Part shown: in pieces, positions 40,336-48,145 of the stretch
Numbering within the stretch: position 1 is the stretch's first letter
Layout: every line of letters begins with the position of its first letter
DNA from: Sedimentisphaeraceae bacterium JB056
GTDB taxonomy: Bacteria; Planctomycetota; Phycisphaerae; Sedimentisphaerales; Sedimentisphaeraceae
NCBI GenBank assembly: GCA_044440125.1
Contig: JBITAJ010000025.1
Location: 1 to 64,000 of the forward strand
DNA: 64,000 nucleotides
Reading direction: 5' to 3'
Translations under genes and position numbers: made by a program
The notes under the pieces: model-generated
Told to the model about the DNA's origin: nothing
The model's input: the letters and a program-made list of their open reading frames with translations, nothing else
The model's database searches: none

Positions 40336-43300
40336 TGAGTGTTTCATATTATAAATGCAGGATAAAAATGTTTTACAAACCTTACAGTTCCAGGCTTTTA
40401 TATCTTCTTATTATATTAACCTGTTTATGCTGCTATGGGGCAACGACTTCTGAAATCTCGCATGAGTTTTTCGGCCGTATCGACCTGGAAAGAGCCGAGC
40501 TTTCCTCGGTGAAGACCGCTTACCTCTCCGGCGATCATGCCTCTGCCCTGGAAGGTTACAAGAATATCTTCATCGATCGTATGGCAGCTCTTGATCTGGG
40601 CAGTGCCGATGGCTTTTGGAGCCAGGGCGCTACGACCCAGTCTATGGCTTATTCGGGCACGATACAAATGGATGCCATGGGTACCGGCTACTGCACCGAT
40701 AATATCGGTCTGCCGGGAAACGTCGAATGGTTTCCGCTTGTCGACTGTTATATTGATTTCGGACGCGACGTTTCCTCGATGCACTGGACGGGTATAATCC
40801 TCAAAGGCTATTTCAGCGGCAATGATCAATATCTCGTACGCTTCTGCGATTACTGGAACGATTTCGGCGTCAACTGGATGGCTCAGCGGCCGCCCAACGG
40901 CTCACCATATAGCGACACGCTTCATTGGGCGTGGAAATCGGGTTTATATCTCGCATGGCGGATCGATAATTTTATGCGGTTCTACGGCGCCGCGTGCACC
41001 TATGACCCTTCTGCGGCCAAAGCCTCGATAAGCGGGGAAGAGCTGGCAAATATTCTCAACCAGCTTGCTACGCTGGAAATTCCCGACCTGGCCGGTTTCA
41101 GGTACCCAAGCACGCCCAATCAGCAGGTGCTGTCGATACAGGCTTTGCTCAAGGCCGCGGCGGCAATGGAAGACTTCAAGGATGCGGATGATTGGCGAAG
41201 CTTTGCACTTATCAAGGCTCAGGAATACGTGACAGCCGGAAGCTATCTTGCCGACGGCTCCGATCAGGAGCAGTCGTTCAACTATAACGCCGGTCTTGTC
41301 GGTTCTGCCCAGCAGATGATCGACCTGATAAACCAGATAATGCCTGATGATCAGCAGGCACAGGACCTTGTTACCCAGCTTTCCGAAGTCAAAACATACC
41401 GAAGCCGTTTTCTGGAGATACTCAAAAGCCCGATAGGAAGCACTCCGGCAACCGGCACCTCGGCTATGAGCGTTCCCGCTGAATATACTCCACTCGTTTA
41501 TGACGAATTTACTTCCGTTTATTATCCTTACGGCGGATATACGATGCTGCGTTCGCTCTGGCAAAACGATGCGCTGTATGCTTTCTTCAAGTCCAGCCGA
41601 ATCGGTTACGGCCATTACGTTGAAGACGGCCTGCACCTGACGCTCTGCGCTTACGGCAAGAACCTGCTCATAGCCGGCGGCCCCAACAGCTACAGCGGCG
41701 AGGCCATCGACTCTTATTATCGTTCATCTTTCTCACGCAATACCATCGCCGTTGACGGCTTCGGCCAGAGTTCTCGCCAGGGAAATGAAATGCCCGCCGA
41801 GGGTTATCCCGAACCTATCGATGCATTGTGGCACAGCTCCCCGAATTTTGATCTTGCCGAGGGAAGCTATCCTTACGGCTACGGCGACAAGATAACTGAT
41901 GTTACGCATAAGCGGCAATTGCTATTTGCAAGGCAATTGGATCTGTTCGTCGTTGTTGACCGTCTGTTAAGCTCTCAGGTTCATGACTATACGCTTACCT
42001 GGGGTTTTGATTCGATTTTCGATTCCTCGGATGTGCATTATGATAGCGCCGTCAAAAAACTTTACACCGATAAAACGAACTCCGTTAATCTCGCGATACA
42101 TCATTTCACTTCGGCATCTTTATCGCCGACGATGTATTACGGCGATTCGGCTAATCTCAAAGGCTGGTACACACCCGTTTCCGGCCACGACAACAATATT
42201 GCCAAAGTCGATGCTCACCTCAATTGGAGGGGCTCAGGAAATCAGCAGGTGGTAAGTCTTCTCGATCCGCAAAGCTCTCAAAGCATAGATATCCAGACCA
42301 TCACCCCTTATGACAACGGCTTCGATCTCGCCATGGAAAACGGCGCGTCTATGAGTTTTCGTGCTTCTGGTCAGTCGCAGACTTTCGATGTTATGGGTGT
42401 AAGCGTAGCGGCAAAAATGCTTGCCGTGCAGGATACCGGCGGACAGACTTTGAACGGTATGGTCCTTGCAAGCGGCGATTCTATAAGTATCGACGGACGC
42501 TCCTTCACTTGCCGCTATCAGGATTACGAATTCAGCTTTGACGGCAGTTCGCTCAGCATTACCGAAATAAAAGTTCCACAAACTTTCCGCTGGGAGGGTG
42601 AGGGCAGTCATATCAAGCCACAATATCAGCCGCAAGCACAACAGGGCAGCAGCGAGGCGATTTGGTGGAATATGGACGAACTGCAGGACCCGGCCTTCGA
42701 AAATTCTGCCGGAGCCTCTTATGCCGCGGTTTTATCCGGCGAACCTCTCTGGCAAGGTGATGCCGGGATAAGAGAAGGATGTTTTGATTTTGACGGCGCA
42801 GACGACCGGGTATCCATAGGTGATGCTTTTATGCCCGCCGCCGGGTCTCAGCCGAGAACTGTCGCCGTCTGGATAAGGACTGCCGATGGCGGCGATATCG
42901 TCAGTTGGGGGCAGAAGTCCGCATCAGCTCTCTGGTCATTAAGGATAAATGATGAAGGCAAAGTCGCAATAGATGTGCAGGGCGGCGAACTTATCGGACA
43001 AACTGATTTACTTGATGATAAATGGCATCATATAGCCCTTGTTCTTCCCCAGGCTAACACCGGCTGGCTTTCGGACGCTGTTATGTATATTGACGGAAAA
43101 AGAGAGCAGCCTGCTTTAGTGATCGATTATGAGGTTGCTACCTTAGGCAGCGGCGTTGTCATAGGAAGCGATGTTGACGGAATCAGTTACTACAAGGGTT
43201 TGCTTGATGAGGTATTGATAGCCGGGATCGAATTGACCGACGGACAGATAACGCAGTTATATCGAGGGGGCTGTGATTCTTTTGCCATGCCGTGCGGCGG

Positions 43301-44111
43301 ATTGGTTTTCGATTCGCGCAAACGACTGATAGCGGATGTCAACTACGACTGCCGCATCGATATTCATGATCTCAGCTTGATCTCTGAGAGCTGGCTGGCA
43401 ATCCAGACACCTTTTACCGCTGACCTCAACGCAGACGATCTCATTGATATGGATGACTATTCTTTGCTCGCTTCAAACTGGCAGAATATCTTGCCGCTAT
43501 TGTGGTGGCCTTTCGATTCGTTTCAAAATGGCGTCGCTGAGGATATAGGCGTATTGGCTTTAAACGGCATTGCGGCAGGTTCGCCTGCTCTCGTCAGCCG
43601 GGCAGCGGATATGGCAGTAGCATTTGACGGAATAGACGACCGCATTACTGTAGCCTATTTTGATGGTGTTATCGGTTCCTCTCAGCGCAGCGTGAGTATG
43701 TGGATAAAGGTTCAGGATTGCGGCGGCCTGCTAAGCTGGGGAGATGCTGCCGGTCAGGTGTTCACCGTTGCCGTCCAGCAGCAGTACGGATTGCCCGGGA
43801 CGCTCGCCTTGTTGGCTGGAACCGGATACCGTATTGGCAGAACGGACCTTCGCGACGGCCAATGGCATCATATCGCGGCAGTATTGCCCGACGATGGTTC
43901 CGCCGATGTTTGGGAGTCAAAGCTCTATGTTGACGGTGTCGAGGAGAGATACAGTTCTTTCAGAAGCTGCCGTGTTGATACTTCCCCCGGAATGTTGGTT
44001 GCCGGATCGAATATCTCAGGAGCCGATTATTTCACCGGTGCGATGGATGATATAAGAATTTATGACAGATCGCTCAGCTCTGAGGCGATCGCTAAGATTA
44101 TGCAGGAATGA
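40335..44111 (+). CDS. Heparinase II/III (PL12-like) lyase with LamG - dockerin-like - LamG extension
   Basis: TPNQ, ADGSDQEQSFNYN, YPYGGYTMLR, FKSSRIGYGH, RNTIAVDG. Two LamG domains (FDGADDRV..DDKWHHIA and FDGIDDRI..DGQWHHIA) flank ADVNYDCRIDIHDL / ADLNADDLIDMDDY. Confidence 0.83.
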   Translation: MSVSYYKCRIKMFYKPYSSRLLYLLIILTCLCCYGATTSEISHEFFGRIDLERAELSSVKTAYLSGDHASALEGYKNIFIDRMAALDLGSADGFWSQGATTQSMAYSGTIQMDAMGTGYCTDNIGLPGNVEWFPLVDCYIDFGRDVSSMHWTGIILKGYFSGNDQYLVRFCDYWNDFGVNWMAQRPPNGSPYSDTLHWAWKSGLYLAWRIDNFMRFYGAACTYDPSAAKASISGEELANILNQLATLEIPDLAGFRYPSTPNQQVLSIQALLKAAAAMEDFKDADDWRSFALIKAQEYVTAGSYLADGSDQEQSFNYNAGLVGSAQQMIDLINQIMPDDQQAQDLVTQLSEVKTYRSRFLEILKSPIGSTPATGTSAMSVPAEYTPLVYDEFTSVYYPYGGYTMLRSLWQNDALYAFFKSSRIGYGHYVEDGLHLTLCAYGKNLLIAGGPNSYSGEAIDSYYRSSFSRNTIAVDGFGQSSRQGNEMPAEGYPEPIDALWHSSPNFDLAEGSYPYGYGDKITDVTHKRQLLFARQLDLFVVVDRLLSSQVHDYTLTWGFDSIFDSSDVHYDSAVKKLYTDKTNSVNLAIHHFTSASLSPTMYYGDSANLKGWYTPVSGHDNNIAKVDAHLNWRGSGNQQVVSLLDPQSSQSIDIQTITPYDNGFDLAMENGASMSFRASGQSQTFDVMGVSVAAKMLAVQDTGGQTLNGMVLASGDSISIDGRSFTCRYQDYEFSFDGSSLSITEIKVPQTFRWEGEGSHIKPQYQPQAQQGSSEAIWWNMDELQDPAFENSAGASYAAVLSGEPLWQGDAGIREGCFDFDGADDRVSIGDAFMPAAGSQPRTVAVWIRTADGGDIVSWGQKSASALWSLRINDEGKVAIDVQGGELIGQTDLLDDKWHHIALVLPQANTGWLSDAVMYIDGKREQPALVIDYEVATLGSGVVIGSDVDGISYYKGLLDEVLIAGIELTDGQITQLYRGGCDSFAMPCGGLVFDSRKRLIADVNYDCRIDIHDLSLISESWLAIQTPFTADLNADDLIDMDDYSLLASNWQNILPLLWWPFDSFQNGVAEDIGVLALNGIAAGSPALVSRAADMAVAFDGIDDRITVAYFDGVIGSSQRSVSMWIKVQDCGGLLSWGDAAGQVFTVAVQQQYGLPGTLALLAGTGYRIGRTDLRDGQWHHIAAVLPDDGSADVWESKLYVDGVEERYSSFRSCRVDTSPGMLVAGSNISGADYFTGAMDDIRIYDRSLSSEAIAKIMQE

Positions 44112-44125
44112 TTTACTTTTAAGTA

Positions 44126-45649
44126 ATGGAGACTTTTATGAAAACGCGTAGAGATTTTTTGAAGATGATGGGAGCCGCCGCGGCAGCTTCGGCATTGCCC
44201 GGCTGCATGGGTTCTGGTAAGCTTGCTTCTGCAAAAAGGCCCCCGAATATAATTTTTATTCTTGCAGACGACCTGGGTAATCACGACTTGAGCTGCTGCG
44301 GCAGTGAACTTTATCAGACGCCGCATATAGATACACTTGCTATGGACGGTATGTATTTCAGTAATGCACATGCAGCCTTCCCAACTTGTGCTCCAAGCAG
44401 GATGTCTATAATAACCGGTAAATACCCCGCACGTTTCGGTTGCTGGGGACACGGCGAGCTTGGCGGCGTAATTGAAGGTGATCTAAGCCTGCCTACAGAA
44501 GAAGTAACCTACGCTGAAGTATTCAGGCAAAATGGTTATCTTACAGGACATATAGGCAAGTGGCACTGCGGTGAAGAAGGACATATGCCGCAGGATCAGG
44601 GTTATGATTATGTGTATGGGGCAAATGATTTCTGCTGCATAGGCAGCTATTACTACCCCTTCCAGGCCCTTGAAAGACATCCCAAGGCACGCCTTGATCT
44701 CGATGATCTCGACGATGCCGATAAGGCCAAACATCTCACGCAGATACTCTCTGAGAAGGTGGTTGACTTTATCTGGGAAAACAAGGATAAGCCCTTTATG
44801 CTCGATTACTGGGACTATGCCCCGCATCATCCGCTTGAAGCCGACAGCGATAAACTGGAGAAGTACCGAGGGCTTATAGGTCCTGATTTTAAACAAAGAA
44901 ATCCCGGCTACGCGGGCCTTGTAGAGCATTACGATGAGGCTGTGGGTAGGGTCCTCAAGGCTGTTGAGGATGCGGGTATTGCAGACAATACCATAATAGT
45001 TTTCACGAGCGATAACGGCGGAGCAACATACTGTTCCAACGATACCGGCAAATACAATGATATTCCGATTACAAATAATTATCCCCTTAGGGATGGTAAG
45101 CATAGTCAGTATTACGGCGGAACGCGCGTACCTGCTTTCGTAAGATGGCCCGGCGTAACAAAGCCAGGTTCGGTTTGCGACGAAAGAGTGATCGGTTTCG
45201 ATCTTTATCCTACGATGCTCAGCATGGCCAGCATAAACGTTCCTGAAGATATTGCCGATAAGATTGACGGCAAAGATATTACTTCGCTTCTCAAAGACTC
45301 TGATGCTTCTCTTGAGCCGCGTGCTCTTCACTGGCTTCGTTATCCGCGCGCTGATCGCTACCATGAAGGTGTAGAAATGTCGAAAGGGCCATGCGGCTCG
45401 ATACTCAAAGGCGATTGGAAGCTGGTTGAATTTCCTGTTACACTTTACGGACAAAAGCAGACCTTTGAGCTTTACAACGTGAGAGAAGATATTTCCGAGG
45501 AAAATAACCTCGCCGATAAAATGCCCGGCAAGGTGCAGCAGCTTAAAAAGGAAATGTATCAATGGCGAAAAGAGGTTGGTGCTCCTGTGGACAGCCGCCA
45601 GATGTACAATGAAGCTTTGAAGAAAATGGAAGAAACGAAGCAGAAATAA
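44126..45649 (+). CDS. Sulfatase (S1, Cys-type), Tat signal peptide
   Basis: TRRDFLK, PNIIFILADDLG, CAPSR..TGKYP, GKWHCG, SDNGG. Confidence 0.93.
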   Translation: METFMKTRRDFLKMMGAAAAASALPGCMGSGKLASAKRPPNIIFILADDLGNHDLSCCGSELYQTPHIDTLAMDGMYFSNAHAAFPTCAPSRMSIITGKYPARFGCWGHGELGGVIEGDLSLPTEEVTYAEVFRQNGYLTGHIGKWHCGEEGHMPQDQGYDYVYGANDFCCIGSYYYPFQALERHPKARLDLDDLDDADKAKHLTQILSEKVVDFIWENKDKPFMLDYWDYAPHHPLEADSDKLEKYRGLIGPDFKQRNPGYAGLVEHYDEAVGRVLKAVEDAGIADNTIIVFTSDNGGATYCSNDTGKYNDIPITNNYPLRDGKHSQYYGGTRVPAFVRWPGVTKPGSVCDERVIGFDLYPTMLSMASINVPEDIADKIDGKDITSLLKDSDASLEPRALHWLRYPRADRYHEGVEMSKGPCGSILKGDWKLVEFPVTLYGQKQTFELYNVREDISEENNLADKMPGKVQQLKKEMYQWRKEVGAPVDSRQMYNEALKKMEETKQK

Positions 45650-47082
45650 TGAAAAAGTTGGACGAAAATCATGGTTTGAGTAATAAAAAACTCAATGTCA
45701 TAATGATACTTGTCGATGACCTTGGCGCTACGGATTTGGCATGTTGCGGCAGTGACTTCTATGAAACTCCGAATCTCGATGCGCTCGCTGAAAAAGGAAT
45801 GCGTTTTGTCAACGCCTGGGCTACCTGCCCAGTATGCTCTCCAAGCAGGGCAAGTGTGATGACCGGCAAGTATCCGGCTCGTTTGGGGTTGACAAACTTT
45901 ATCGACCACTCCGGTGATTATCACCCCTCAAAAGGGTTTCTGGTAGACGCCCCTTATATTAAGAGTCTCGACCCCGGTGAATATTCGTTAGCTCGTATCC
46001 TAAAAGATAATGGCTGGAAAACTTTTCATGTTGGCAAGTGGCATCTTGGAGGCCGCCAATGCTGGCCTGATAAGCATGGCTTCGATGTGAATGTTGCCGG
46101 ATGCCATTGGGGTATGCCGAGTAATGGCTATTTTAGCCCGTGGGGAATCCCGAATCTTGAGGATGGTCCTGAAGGAGAATATCTGCCTGACAGGCTCGGC
46201 GATGAAGCCGTTCGTCTGATAGAAGAAAATGCGGCTACAGGTAAACCTTTCTATCTTAATTATTGGCCGTATCTGGTACATGTACCTATAGAGGCCAAAT
46301 CTGAAAAGATTGAAAAATATCGTCGAAAAGCAGAAGAAATGGGTCTGGACAAAATCAAGACGTTTGAAGAAGGTGCCGAATTCAAAATGGACAGCAAAAA
46401 AGGACAACCGATTAAACGCCGGTTGCTTCATTCTGATCCGATTTATGCAGCCATGATTGAAAGCCTTGATGAGAATGTAGGCAAAATTCTTGATGCAGTT
46501 GAAAGAACCGGTCAAACGGATAATACTTTGATTATATTCACTTCTGACAACGGAGGCCTTGCAACTGCTGAAGGTTCACCCACTTGCAATGCCCCCTATG
46601 CTGAGGGCAAGGGGTGGATGTATGAAGGTGGTACCCGTGAGCCGCTAATCATAAAACTGCCGGGTGTAACGACCCCCGGTTCTATTTCTGATTCTTATGT
46701 TACGGGTACGGATTACTATCCTACAATATTAGAGGCCGCAGGTCTTGATGCTTTGCCGACTCAGCATGTTGATGGTCGCAGCTTTTATGATGCTCTTTGT
46801 GGAAAGCCGTACCAAAGAGACGCGATGTTCTGGCACTACCCGCATTACGGCAATCAGGGTGGGGAACCAGGCGCATCTGTAATAGAAGGTGATTACAAAC
46901 TTATCAAGTTTTTTGAAGATGGCCGTCTCGAACTTTATGATATTGTGAAGGATGTTTCGGAAACTAATAATATTTCAGAAAGCAATCCGGAAGTCCGTGA
47001 CCGGCTTCATGAAATACTACTTGATTGGCAGAAAGACGTAGCTGCTCGTCTACCTGGAAAAAATCACGACTGGAAACAATGA
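45649..47082 (+). CDS. Sulfatase (S1, Cys-type), no signal peptide
   Basis: NVIMILVDDLG, CSPSRASVMTGKYP, GKWHLG, SDNGG, YEGGTREP, WHYPHY. Confidence 0.93.
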   Translation: MKKLDENHGLSNKKLNVIMILVDDLGATDLACCGSDFYETPNLDALAEKGMRFVNAWATCPVCSPSRASVMTGKYPARLGLTNFIDHSGDYHPSKGFLVDAPYIKSLDPGEYSLARILKDNGWKTFHVGKWHLGGRQCWPDKHGFDVNVAGCHWGMPSNGYFSPWGIPNLEDGPEGEYLPDRLGDEAVRLIEENAATGKPFYLNYWPYLVHVPIEAKSEKIEKYRRKAEEMGLDKIKTFEEGAEFKMDSKKGQPIKRRLLHSDPIYAAMIESLDENVGKILDAVERTGQTDNTLIIFTSDNGGLATAEGSPTCNAPYAEGKGWMYEGGTREPLIIKLPGVTTPGSISDSYVTGTDYYPTILEAAGLDALPTQHVDGRSFYDALCGKPYQRDAMFWHYPHYGNQGGEPGASVIEGDYKLIKFFEDGRLELYDIVKDVSETNNISESNPEVRDRLHEILLDWQKDVAARLPGKNHDWKQ

Positions 47083-47083
47083 T

Positions 47084-48139
47084 ATGATAATGAACCAGAT
47101 AGAAAACCTTAAAATAATCCACGAAAAACTTGAGAACTGGTGGAACTTTGGACCTCAGTCTTCGCCGCTGCTGCTCGCTTCGGTGCTTAAGGACGATCAT
47201 TCTCCGCTGCCTGATACCGATGACCTGAAAAAGTACTGGACGGACGTTGATTTTATAATTGAACGAAATATGAGAACCATTGATGCGACCAACTATTACG
47301 GCGTAGCGGTCCCGTTTCATTATATTGATTTCAGCGCTTCTGCCATGCCCTGTGCGTTGGGCGGTGAGATAGAGTATGTCAATAAAGATACGGTATGGTC
47401 CCATCCTGTCTTCGATAATATCGGGGATGTGCTTTCGGTCAGCCTTTCAGAAGATAACATCGCTTATTACGCCCAAGTCGAAGCCTTGCGTCGTTCCGTC
47501 AAACTTGCCAAGGGCCATCATTACGTAAGCAACTGGTCGTTCGGCGGTTTGCTCGATACCATCAGCGGGCTCTACGGTGCCGAAGAATTGCTTATGGATC
47601 TTGTGATCTCGCCGGATAAAGTTAAAGAAGCGGTCGATTATCTTCTTAAAATCTGGATCGATGAATTTAACAAGATCGCGAAGATGATAGAGGCCTGCGG
47701 CAACAGCGGCCACATTTGCAACTGGACGGGCATCTGGGCTCCGGGTACTACCTTCCCTATACAGGAAGATTTTGCGTATATGATATCTCCGGATATGTTC
47801 GGCGAGTTTTGCCTTCCGGCCGTGAGAAAAATGGTTGAAGCTATGGATTATCCGCTCTTTCATCTTGACGGTACGGGTATGCTTGGCCATTTGGATATGC
47901 TCCTTGGCATCGATAAACTAAAGGCGGTGCAGTGGCAGCCCGGCGCTGGCAGGGAACGACTGGATCAATGGTATGACGTTATCAGAAAGATACTTGATTC
48001 AGGCAAGTCGTGCCAGGTATTCGCCGAGCCCGATGAAATCAAACCGCTTGTCGATAATGTCGGCACCAGGGGGCTGCTTGCCATTGTCAAAAATGTTAAT
48101 AACGAGCAAATGAGGGAGCTGGAAGAAATTTACGGCTGA
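47084..48139 (+). CDS. Uroporphyrinogen decarboxylase / cobalamin methyltransferase (UroD-MtaA) superfamily protein
   Basis: GLLDTISGLYGAEELLMDL, QEDFAYMISPDMFGEFCLP, FHLDG, AVQWQPGAG. Confidence 0.7.
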   Translation: MIMNQIENLKIIHEKLENWWNFGPQSSPLLLASVLKDDHSPLPDTDDLKKYWTDVDFIIERNMRTIDATNYYGVAVPFHYIDFSASAMPCALGGEIEYVNKDTVWSHPVFDNIGDVLSVSLSEDNIAYYAQVEALRRSVKLAKGHHYVSNWSFGGLLDTISGLYGAEELLMDLVISPDKVKEAVDYLLKIWIDEFNKIAKMIEACGNSGHICNWTGIWAPGTTFPIQEDFAYMISPDMFGEFCLPAVRKMVEAMDYPLFHLDGTGMLGHLDMLLGIDKLKAVQWQPGAGRERLDQWYDVIRKILDSGKSCQVFAEPDEIKPLVDNVGTRGLLAIVKNVNNEQMRELEEIYG

Positions 48140-48145
48140 TCAAAT

